From positions 121,325-185,324 of IMG/VR virus record IMGVR_UViG_3300023202_000142: a DNA stretch of 64,000 nt; one strand, given 5' to 3'. This document shows positions 17,601-25,245 of this stretch, piece by piece. The position numbers and the translations under genes are program-made. This DNA is from a virus. The notes under the pieces are model-generated. The model was not told where the DNA came from. It saw only the letters and a list, made by a program, of their open reading frames with translations, and ran no database searches. The stretch's first letter is position 1; each line of letters opens with the position of its first letter.

Positions 17601-18101
17601 AAGTCGGGGAGCACCGTGCTTGCGCTGATGGAGGTGAGCTTCGACGCGTTCAGTCACGTCATCATTCACGGGTTCCTTGGGAAGATGCTGCGAGCCGTGG
17701 AGGATTTCATCATCGGGCTGATCAAGCCGTGGCAGGAACTGGCGAACAAACCGATGTTCTCAAGGTTCGTGAAGGCGCTTCCGGGCGGCAAGATGCTGCA
17801 GACGATGGACCTGGAGTCGTTCCGGGTTACTGATGCTCTCGGGTTGACCGACGAGGCGGCCAGGAAGAGCCGTGAGGGCGTAGCGAAGAGCGCGAAGGTG
17901 GTAGCAGCCTCGGGCGCCCTTGCGACGCCTGGTGGCGGCGCTACGGGTGCCCTGCTTGAAGCTGTGCTCGGGGAGCCGATCGAGTCGCTGGCCAAGAAGT
18001 CGGACGAGCAGACCGAGGAGCTGAAGAAGGTGAACGAGAATCTCAAGGAGAGTCGACGGCGCTCGACGCCGCCGGCGATCAATCAACCCGCACTGGACTG
18101 A
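14667..18101 (+). CDS. tail tape measure protein
   Basis: 1144 aa Ala/Gly/Lys-rich helical protein with central hydrophobic segment, downstream of chaperone. Confidence 0.9.
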   Translation: MADKNWLNLGVAFPVVDKGAKKAIGAMKGSLDKIGGSLDDIGSSNAFEKLMQSVDVRKLDKVVEKMDSLADAAASNINLSSSLDSQYLSASISAEKLGATTNVSAKKIKQATGFFADLQMDVNELQKGFVTLEKAGLDVSKLGFSNFKEFAKFSDVVGVSTESLANELHGLRNSYGFTDDQLAGFLDTMTATSKEMGISREVFGNMSAITQQLDDHFARLNMNVTPEQFTQAAKEAVLLSGALHKTGIASGDVVQTQQGLAQQLTEARFQMRQLATGAAGELPDMLTKMGVASQDFDAAMTALNSSPLDFMTFMSDRFKDMSESQREFFITHSGLSKDLMWSMANYPKVAEEVQRVADKTRNAAGASQEMSKAYRVNRTMQEKFSFANEKFETRLLRMSSKMGIANQILDNQRLAHSKLYETLEAGAKKDGAVGLITQAFLAYKQGGLQGAVIAIDNFLSNSKSLDAFLTKHSKKIEKLKDAFGTLAEKLGFEGSGDGLVSTLKDLRFELMGMAPMVLGVAAAVKMSGLGGAMTSLFAAFGPAGPIALAVGGLAAIDKHWEGGIEGFTKDVVAFAKENIPKAVKKIQGELPTIMKKSGNILGILGTALVEGLNATSEMMDEVNWEKMGAIATEKFAEYSVKAFDFVADVLRVAITGDEVKGDSELQNALGKIGHSIGEAIIGGIKGALGRMGDEIASDTSVTDKLSGAGKILAGSFVGGIGLRGVGSMMQKVPGLRTAGKGVGLAGRGMTAGATGTAKVAAKGAVLAGKGLMRGGKGAWNVGKGVKDVAQMGKTFEGLSGAASKKVGFGARIGAALKGLPGTAGKAFKGIAKAAGPWLKTVGKILGPLIVFYEYIKQGPDIVEGAFGTIKAVIEGDVNDATKYGEKAFKGFARVLDGVLIGIPGKITDALMPDGLVFDLGEFYRHTLDVTEEHIEVMVDEWSAFPETMKGMFGNIGMDIKGIFSDAREAAGEFWEGFMKSGSTVLALMEVSFDAFSHVIIHGFLGKMLRAVEDFIIGLIKPWQELANKPMFSRFVKALPGGKMLQTMDLESFRVTDALGLTDEAARKSREGVAKSAKVVAASGALATPGGGATGALLEAVLGEPIESLAKKSDEQTEELKKVNENLKESRRRSTPPAINQPALD

Positions 18102-18109
18102 GGTAGGGC

Positions 18110-18454
18110 GTGGCAACGATTCAAGAGGAAGGCGTCTCCATTAAGCGCGGGTCGTGGTTGAAGAACCAGGCGCTGGATCGCTACGATGGCCGCACGGTTG
18201 CCTGGGGTGGTTTCGAGCGGCTGCCCGACATCGAGGAGCGCGACGGCGACATCCTGTATCGCGTCCAGGGCGATGAGCGTCCCGAGCAGATCGCCCAGCG
18301 GTTCTACGGCAAGTACGAGATGTGGTGGATCATTGCCCTGGCGAACAACATTAGGATCCCAATTTCGGACATGTGGCCTGGACGTTTCCTTCGCATCCCG
18401 GACCCAAACGCCATGCTTCAGCAGGTCAGAGAGCAGGAGTTCCTGAGTGGCTAG
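18110..18454 (+). CDS. LysM-like baseplate protein (gpX/gp53-like)
   Basis: YRVQGDERPEQIAQRFYG..WWIIALANNI..P..GRFLRIP. Confidence 0.85.
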   Translation: MATIQEEGVSIKRGSWLKNQALDRYDGRTVAWGGFERLPDIEERDGDILYRVQGDERPEQIAQRFYGKYEMWWIIALANNIRIPISDMWPGRFLRIPDPNAMLQQVREQEFLSG

Positions 18455-19910
18455 CTTCAACTTCATGTCGCCGGTGATGAAGTGTCGGCTGGAATCCAAG
18501 TCCGGGAAGGTGCTCGACTTCAAGAACTGGAGCAACAAGTACAACGTTGGCACATCGAGTGTCGATGTTCGTCGCGCCGGTGGCGGCACCCCCGTTCAGG
18601 GGTCGAACTATCCCTATGTCACCGCGTTGACCGTCACGACCACCGGGGAGGGGACAGACGCCGGTCGCGGCGCGATCATGGCCAACACGATCGGCATCCA
18701 GATCGAGGCGCCTTACGAGCAATGGCTTGCTCTTGTCGAAGATCACTTGGATGTGTTTGTGGAGTCGACGGTTGCCAGGGTTCAGCTTGGTTACTCAGGT
18801 CGTGAGACCGGGTTCCTTTCTGAGGAGTTCGCAGCGAATCTGCAGGTCATCAATGTCGACATGTCGATGGATTTCGTGTCGATGACGCTGCAGGCCATAG
18901 GTAACACCTGGTACATGAGTCGGCGTGAGGGGAAGATCAACACCAACGGCCGAACGATCTTGCAGATACTTCGGGAGATCGCGGATAGTCACGCCGCCAA
19001 GCTGTTTTACCTGGATGATCGAGGGGAGCTACAGCCGATGCCGGCGACTCAACCGACCGTGGTTCGGCAGCTCGGTCGATCGTTGACCGAGGTTTTGGAG
19101 GGGTCGGACTACGATATCGTCAAACAGCTTGTGCATGATCACGCGAATTTGCATTTCTACATGATCGGCTCCAGGATCGTGATCTACAGCGCCAAAGCGG
19201 CGGGTGCTCAGAAGTTTGTCTCAGCGTTTGAGTTCCGCGGTCAGGTCAACTTGTCGGAGGGCGTTTACCCCTGCTTGAACTTCCAAAACACGAACTCGCA
19301 GTCAACGATTCGGCGAGCTGCGGCCAAGATTGAGTCACAGAACCTGAACCTGGACACGAAGCAACGGCAGACATTTGAGGCCCTCAAGAAGGATTTGAAC
19401 GTCGCGTTTCATCGCCCCTTTGGCGTTGCCGATGACATCCCCCCGGGGGCCGCATCTTCGGCTGACGCAATTGCTGGCGGCTCCTCGCAGGAGATCCCTG
19501 CTTCGTCAAAGCCATATCGCAAGGACCAGCGAGGCATCTATATGCCTCTGGCATCTAACGACCCGTCTGCGAAGGAGAAGGTTGTTAGTGTGAAGCAACA
19601 GGCTGAGGGGCTCAGCGGCGTGATTTCGACGTGGGAGACGTTAGGCAACCCGTTGATCCGGCCGGGCCAGGAGGCAGATGTTCGAGGCGTCAGCAGTCTC
19701 TTCAGTGGCAGGTATCATCTGTCGAAGGTTACCCACGTCGGGAACCTGTCGGGCTACACGACGCAGATCGAGGGCAAGACGTACGGTCGTTCCAAGGAGT
19801 TGGCTCCGGGAACCGTGGATACCCGGGGCCAGGCGCCACAGGCTGAAACTGCGACAGCTCGTGCTGTTGATGCTGCCATTGACACTCAGGTGAAGAAGGT
19901 TTCTTCGTGA
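18447..19910 (+). CDS. baseplate hub protein (gp27/gpD-like)
   Basis: Position; C-terminal GNPLIRPG..V.G.SSLFSGRYHLSKVTH. Confidence 0.85.
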   Translation: MASFNFMSPVMKCRLESKSGKVLDFKNWSNKYNVGTSSVDVRRAGGGTPVQGSNYPYVTALTVTTTGEGTDAGRGAIMANTIGIQIEAPYEQWLALVEDHLDVFVESTVARVQLGYSGRETGFLSEEFAANLQVINVDMSMDFVSMTLQAIGNTWYMSRREGKINTNGRTILQILREIADSHAAKLFYLDDRGELQPMPATQPTVVRQLGRSLTEVLEGSDYDIVKQLVHDHANLHFYMIGSRIVIYSAKAAGAQKFVSAFEFRGQVNLSEGVYPCLNFQNTNSQSTIRRAAAKIESQNLNLDTKQRQTFEALKKDLNVAFHRPFGVADDIPPGAASSADAIAGGSSQEIPASSKPYRKDQRGIYMPLASNDPSAKEKVVSVKQQAEGLSGVISTWETLGNPLIRPGQEADVRGVSSLFSGRYHLSKVTHVGNLSGYTTQIEGKTYGRSKELAPGTVDTRGQAPQAETATARAVDAAIDTQVKKVSS

Positions 19911-20755
19911 TTCATCAACTCGTTAACGCAATTCGTCAGCGGGGCCTGGAGTACTTTGGCCGATGGTATGGTTGGTACCCCGGCGAGGTCGTCGACAACG
20001 AGGATCCACAGCGTCAGGACCGCGTGCGCGTGCGGGTGGACGCGCTGGGGCTTCCAGACGGGCAGGATGTGCTGCCGAACTGGGCGTATCCACAGACTGG
20101 ACCGTGGACCCCCGGGCCCGATAAAGGCTCGTCGAATGTCCCCAGGGTCGGTGACAATGTCTGGGTCTGTTTCGAGAACGGCAACACATCGACACCGCGG
20201 TATGCGCCTTCTGGCTGGTATGCCAGCGGAGAAAAGCCGGCCGAGTTCGAGACGGTCGAGGATCGTGGCTGGAAGACCCATGCGGGTCATGTCGTGCGGT
20301 TTCGGGACCTCGACGGGGATGAGTCGATTCTGTTTCGGCACGCCAATGGCGGTCAGGTCGAACTGGAGTCCGATAACTCCATCGTGATTAAGACGGTGGC
20401 CGGGGACATCATCGATATCGACCCACAAGGGAGTGTGTTGGTGCAGCATCGTGCGGGCACCAAGGTAGAGATGCAGACCACGAGTATCGATATTCAGGCC
20501 AGCGTGAGGGCCACGATCAAGGCGGCCAGGGTCGTCGCTGAGGCTTCGCAGACCGAACTGTCAGCTCCTGGCGCGACTCATCCTGTGGTGAAGGGGGATC
20601 TGCTTTTTGGCTGGCTTCAGCAGCTTCATTCCTGGGCCGTCGGACATGTTCATCTTTCGGCTGCACCGACGATGCCGACAAGCAACTCTCAGCCTCCAGG
20701 GTTGCCTCTGCCGCCGCCTCCGGCGATGCTGTCCACGAAGACGAGGACGGGATAA
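19907..20755 (+). CDS. central spike (gp5/gpV-like OB fold, beta-helix, HxH apex)
   Basis: GEVVDNEDP..DRVRVRV, P.VGDNVWVCFENG..P, C-terminal GHVH. Confidence 0.9.
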   Translation: MIHQLVNAIRQRGLEYFGRWYGWYPGEVVDNEDPQRQDRVRVRVDALGLPDGQDVLPNWAYPQTGPWTPGPDKGSSNVPRVGDNVWVCFENGNTSTPRYAPSGWYASGEKPAEFETVEDRGWKTHAGHVVRFRDLDGDESILFRHANGGQVELESDNSIVIKTVAGDIIDIDPQGSVLVQHRAGTKVEMQTTSIDIQASVRATIKAARVVAEASQTELSAPGATHPVVKGDLLFGWLQQLHSWAVGHVHLSAAPTMPTSNSQPPGLPLPPPPAMLSTKTRTG

Positions 20756-20758
20756 AGC

Positions 20759-21145
20759 ATGCCGAATCGAGGGATCCGATACCCCTTCAACCTGTTTGGG
20801 GGAGCGCCAGACGAGGCGAAGGATGGCGAGCTTGTTGCAAGTGCGCTCACCCAGTTGTTCAGTCAGGAGAAGCGTGAGCGGGTCTACAACGACCTGAACG
20901 GGATCAACCTTACCGAGTATGTGTTTGATAACCAGAATGACGTCCTGAAGGCCAACGTGCGTCGCGACATTGTGCTCGCGGTTTCGCGGTTCGAGCGTCG
21001 CGTGTCGATCGAGCGGGTCAATGTGCGGTTTGTCAACGTTGCTGGAACCAAGCCGACCTTGGATCTGGAGTTGGTGTGGCGGTATCAGGGCAGGGCCTAC
21101 TCGGTAGCCCGTGCCGTTGGAGTGACTCAGCCTGAGAGTGCGTGA
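20759..21145 (+). CDS. baseplate gp25/gpW-like protein
   Basis: GIRYPF, KRERVYN..G, AVSRFERRV.I..V. Confidence 0.85.
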   Translation: MPNRGIRYPFNLFGGAPDEAKDGELVASALTQLFSQEKRERVYNDLNGINLTEYVFDNQNDVLKANVRRDIVLAVSRFERRVSIERVNVRFVNVAGTKPTLDLELVWRYQGRAYSVARAVGVTQPESA

Positions 21146-23241
21146 TGACGAGAAGACTTTTTGCCGGCAAGGATTTCACGACCGCAGTTGCTGAGGTTAA
21201 GTCTCGGTTAACGCGTAAGTTCCCCGAGATTCAGCTCGATTTCACGAACGACCTCACAGCACTGATCGTTGAGGTCATCGCGTACTTCTCTGAGAACGTT
21301 AACTTTTTCCAGGACCTCCAGGGCGCTGAGACCTATTCGGAGACCGCTCAGCAGGCCAGGTCGGTTCAGCGCATCTCCGGGTTTTCCGCGTACAACCCAC
21401 CGGGGGCTGTTCCGGCGTCTGGTGAGGTCTCAGTTTCGTTGCAGGACGTCCTGGTCAATACGGTCCAGATCCAGGAAGGCCAGGGCTTCACGGCGTCCAA
21501 CGGGCTGTCCTACGAGGCTGCCGAGGAGGTGCTGTTCAGTCCTGGGGAGACGGGTCCGAAGACGGTGCCCCTTTCGCAGGTCGAAACTCGGTCGGTGACC
21601 TTCCGAAGTGACGGCACGCGGTTTCAGCGGTTCCAGCTCGATGTTCGCGAAGGCGAGTACCTGGCGTTCAGGTCTCTTGAGGTTCTCGTAGACAACGAGG
21701 AGTGGGCGGAGAGCGATGCGTTTCTGGACACCGACACAGATGTTTTTCGGGTCAGTTATATCGGGGATCCGATCGAATTGGAGTTCGGCGACGGTGCCGT
21801 TGGAGCTGTTCCTCCAGATGGCGCGGAGATCGCAGTGACCTACCGGGTGACTGCCGGCATTGATGGGGCGATTCCTGAGCCGGGCAGGATCACTGCGGCA
21901 TCCCCGGGGCTGGTGGCTGGTGGAGAGTCGGTGTCGATCACGATCGACGAGACGACCGGTGTGATGAGTGGCGGCCGTGAGCCCGAGAGCCCGGTGGTTG
22001 TGAAAACCAAAATTCCGCTTGCTGAGCACTCTGATGGGGCGGTGGTAACGCCGCCGGATTTCACGGGTCTCGTTACGCGCTTCCGGGATCCGACCTTCGG
22101 TGCGATCGCTGCTGCCACTGCGGTCGTCGCTACGGCTATCGAGAATGACCTGTTTTCGGTGCAGTCGCTGGGCAGGATGCGCGGGCTGTTTTTCGACGCC
22201 GAGGATGTCGTCGATGAGCAGGCTGCGCTGATCCGTCAGGTTCGGACCGATGTCGATGACGCGCTCGACATCATCAGCGATCTCGCTGCAACGATCCTGG
22301 GGCTGTCTGAGGCTGGCGGTGACATCCGGGCGGAGATGGACGATATCCGAGGTCAGCGCGACGGCGCTCAGACATCGGTGAATAGCGCGAGCAGCGAGAT
22401 TGACTCGATCCAATCTCTGATTGACGGCATCGGGACCGGGCCTGACGCCCTTACAGACCCAACCAGGGGCACGCTGACGACGTCGCTGGCCCTGATCGAA
22501 TCTCAGCTCGCGGCCATCAAGAGTCAGCTAGCAGCCATCGAGACGTCGACTGAGAACGTCGACGAGTCATCGGAGGACGTTGAGACCAATGCGACATCTG
22601 TTCAGACGCAGGTCACGATGGCGAAAGGGGAGACGGCAAACATCGAGACGGCGGTTGTGGCGCTGGAGACTGACCTGGTCGACCCGTGGACCGATGCGAT
22701 CGACGAGGTCGCCGCGATGGAGGCGCACCTTGATGAGATTTTCGCAGACGACTGTGGTCCCAACCTGGTGTCCGTGCCCATCCTGGTGCGTGACTCCGAT
22801 GGATTTTTTGCGGCGCCTTCAGTCGGTTTGATTCGTGCGCTGGAGAGCTATCTTCAGTCCAGGACTGAGCCCTCCGCTGTGTTTCGCGTGCTTGATGGAT
22901 CTCTGTTTCTGGTGGCGCCGACGATTCAGATTGTGTTCGAGCCGCTGGCGGGTGAGGTGCCCAGCAAGATCAAGGCGGCCTACGAGGCAGTGGAGTTGGC
23001 GTTCATTAAGACGTTGGATTTCGGTGCGGCGTTGAACCTGGACGACCTGTATGATCAGGCTCGCTCGGTTGGCAGGGTTGTCTCGGTGAACATCGAGATC
23101 ACGGATTTCACGGCGAGCAACAATTCGCCGGCCTTCATCGATGCGGAGGGCAACCTGGTCGTTGGTGAGCGAGAAATCGTCAATGAGCCGGTGATCGTCT
23201 ACTTCCGCAAGTTCTCTAACGGCAGCAAGGAGCTGATCTGA
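21145..23241 (+). CDS. baseplate wedge protein (gp6/gpJ-like) with long alpha-helical insertion
   Basis: KDF..DF, LEFGDGAVG.VP, YRVTAG..G, AVVTPPDF; about 200 aa heptad-rich insert. Confidence 0.85.
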   Translation: MTRRLFAGKDFTTAVAEVKSRLTRKFPEIQLDFTNDLTALIVEVIAYFSENVNFFQDLQGAETYSETAQQARSVQRISGFSAYNPPGAVPASGEVSVSLQDVLVNTVQIQEGQGFTASNGLSYEAAEEVLFSPGETGPKTVPLSQVETRSVTFRSDGTRFQRFQLDVREGEYLAFRSLEVLVDNEEWAESDAFLDTDTDVFRVSYIGDPIELEFGDGAVGAVPPDGAEIAVTYRVTAGIDGAIPEPGRITAASPGLVAGGESVSITIDETTGVMSGGREPESPVVVKTKIPLAEHSDGAVVTPPDFTGLVTRFRDPTFGAIAAATAVVATAIENDLFSVQSLGRMRGLFFDAEDVVDEQAALIRQVRTDVDDALDIISDLAATILGLSEAGGDIRAEMDDIRGQRDGAQTSVNSASSEIDSIQSLIDGIGTGPDALTDPTRGTLTTSLALIESQLAAIKSQLAAIETSTENVDESSEDVETNATSVQTQVTMAKGETANIETAVVALETDLVDPWTDAIDEVAAMEAHLDEIFADDCGPNLVSVPILVRDSDGFFAAPSVGLIRALESYLQSRTEPSAVFRVLDGSLFLVAPTIQIVFEPLAGEVPSKIKAAYEAVELAFIKTLDFGAALNLDDLYDQARSVGRVVSVNIEITDFTASNNSPAFIDAEGNLVVGEREIVNEPVIVYFRKFSNGSKELI

Positions 23242-24104
23242 TGGCGGCCACGGAAAAACTCCAGCACCCGATTCCAGAGCAGAACCGACTGGAGTGGTAC
23301 GATCAGTTCCTTGCGCTGACTGCCAGTCTCGACGAGGCCGATTTCAGTTCCAGGGATGACCGCAACGTGGTCATCTTCGGCGGGGGCACCTTCACGTTCT
23401 CGGAGAGCGGCCGGGTGAACTGGACGCAGGCCGTAACGTTCAGGCACGGTTCTTCCGGGTACAACGGAATCCTTCCGCTGGACGACGATACCGGAATCAC
23501 CATGGAGGACGGCGACTGGGTCTACGTTGACCTGGTCAGGGGCCCTGCTGGCGAATACCCGTTGACGCCATACAAGACGTCTGGCGCACTGCCGGCAACC
23601 AACAAGGCGTACGCGTTCATGGCTCGCCTTGGCGATGTCCTGTGGATTCGTCATCTCGGGTTTGTACTTCTTGGTGGTGCGATCTCGACGACGTCGACGG
23701 TAATCAATTCGGGGGAGAAGCTGATTAGCGTGGTCCCTTTCGTTCAGAAGGGCGTGCAAGGGAGTGACCTGCAACTCCTCGGCAGGTTTCGGCTCAGTAC
23801 CGATGACTATGAGATCGCGAACGCAACGATGAGCTTGAACCTCCGGGTTGAGGTCCAGGTATCGGAGGACGAACTGACAGGAGACGTAGAGTTCTACGAT
23901 GCGACGTCTGGGGATGTTCTGAAGGCGTCGACGACGGTGACGTCGGAGCAACCTGTCCAGTTCGAGGCTACGTTCGTTGCGGAGGGTGGCGGTGACAGGG
24001 TGTACGAACTTCGAGCGGGACTGGACCCCGAGGAGGGCCCGTATGACCCGGATCAGGAGATCATCGTCTGGCACGCGGCCGTAGAGGTCATCAACACGTT
24101 CTAG
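23241..24104 (+). CDS. baseplate/tail-associated structural protein
   Basis: TGATG coupling; acidic and beta-rich; inside baseplate operon. Confidence 0.55.
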   Translation: MAATEKLQHPIPEQNRLEWYDQFLALTASLDEADFSSRDDRNVVIFGGGTFTFSESGRVNWTQAVTFRHGSSGYNGILPLDDDTGITMEDGDWVYVDLVRGPAGEYPLTPYKTSGALPATNKAYAFMARLGDVLWIRHLGFVLLGGAISTTSTVINSGEKLISVVPFVQKGVQGSDLQLLGRFRLSTDDYEIANATMSLNLRVEVQVSEDELTGDVEFYDATSGDVLKASTTVTSEQPVQFEATFVAEGGGDRVYELRAGLDPEEGPYDPDQEIIVWHAAVEVINTF

Positions 24105-24112
24105 GAGCTATC

Positions 24113-24814
24113 GTGGCTAGCACATCGATTGTCCCGTTCTTGATTCAGCAAGAGGTCGAGGGCGGCAACCAGTTCACCGGGGCGACGCCTGCCACCGGCC
24201 CCGAGATCGAAGGCGTGGTTTTCCGGTACAAGAACCGGAATGAGGGTGGCGCCTTTTGTTTCACGAATCGTCGATTCATGTCGGTGCGCCGCATCATGGT
24301 CGACTTCAAGGATGCGCAGACCTGGAAGATCGAGGTCGAGCACACCGACACAGTTCAGACGCGGACTTTGCTTTTCGAGGGGCAGTCTCAGGTGGTGACG
24401 TTCGAGGTCACCGGCGGTACCGATGGTCTCTACACTATCACGATCGATGGCGTGAACTATCAGCACAGCGCGTCGGGTCAAACCGCCACCCAGATTTCGG
24501 ATGCCCTCCTGGCGCTGATTGACGTGGACCTTTCGGCTGACGAAGGCCGATTCGTATCGGTCTCTGGAGCAATCATTACGCTCGTTTCGGTTGAGGGCTC
24601 GTCGTTCGGTGTGGCTTCGACTGGAGACCCGATTACAGCGACAGAGACGCAGACGAGTGATGGGGAGGACTCGAAGCAGCGGTTCGACGCTGTGAATCTC
24701 GACCTTGCCCCGGGCGAGAACATCCTGGTTACGACGACAGGTGCAACTGAACTGTTGCTCGCCGAGGTGCTCGCGTTTCCGACCCGGCAGCTTCTAGCAA
24801 ACACAGGAGGATGA
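24113..24814 (+). CDS. virion protein, paralog of next gene, with inserted domain
   Basis: Shares GN.FT, GG.F, DA.TW, RTL and TT.A.EL.LA with 24816 protein. Confidence 0.6.
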   Translation: MASTSIVPFLIQQEVEGGNQFTGATPATGPEIEGVVFRYKNRNEGGAFCFTNRRFMSVRRIMVDFKDAQTWKIEVEHTDTVQTRTLLFEGQSQVVTFEVTGGTDGLYTITIDGVNYQHSASGQTATQISDALLALIDVDLSADEGRFVSVSGAIITLVSVEGSSFGVASTGDPITATETQTSDGEDSKQRFDAVNLDLAPGENILVTTTGATELLLAEVLAFPTRQLLANTGG

Positions 24815-24815
24815 G

Positions 24816-25232
24816 ATGTCCCAGTGGGGCCGAATCAAATTGAACATGGCGGCCGGCAACGATTTCACCAACGCGGAGTCGGATGTGGAGCCCGAGGAGG
24901 ATCAGGGCGAGCTACGTACCTATTTGGGTATGACGCAGGGCGGGATTTTCGACCTCAGCTTCATTCAGGCGTCCGTGCTGGAGATCAAGCGCTTGGTCAT
25001 CGAGGCTGGAGACGCTGCTACCTGGGAACTTCAGCTCGAAGTGACGCGCGAGGGTGGTACAGAGATTCGCACTCTGGTGCAGAATACGGATTTCAGTGGG
25101 TCGCCCAACCAGCAGGTCTGGTACCCCACTGAGGCGATTGTTGTTGATCAGGCGCATGGCGACAAGCTGGTCCTCATTACAACAGCAGCGTCTGAGCTGA
25201 TGTTGGCTGACCTTCTTGTGTCGAGCTGGTAG
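24816..25232 (+). CDS. virion protein, insert-less paralog of previous gene
   Basis: Shared motifs as above; GGAG RBS. Confidence 0.6.
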   Translation: MSQWGRIKLNMAAGNDFTNAESDVEPEEDQGELRTYLGMTQGGIFDLSFIQASVLEIKRLVIEAGDAATWELQLEVTREGGTEIRTLVQNTDFSGSPNQQVWYPTEAIVVDQAHGDKLVLITTAASELMLADLLVSSW

Positions 25233-25245
25233 TTCAGGAGTCTAG

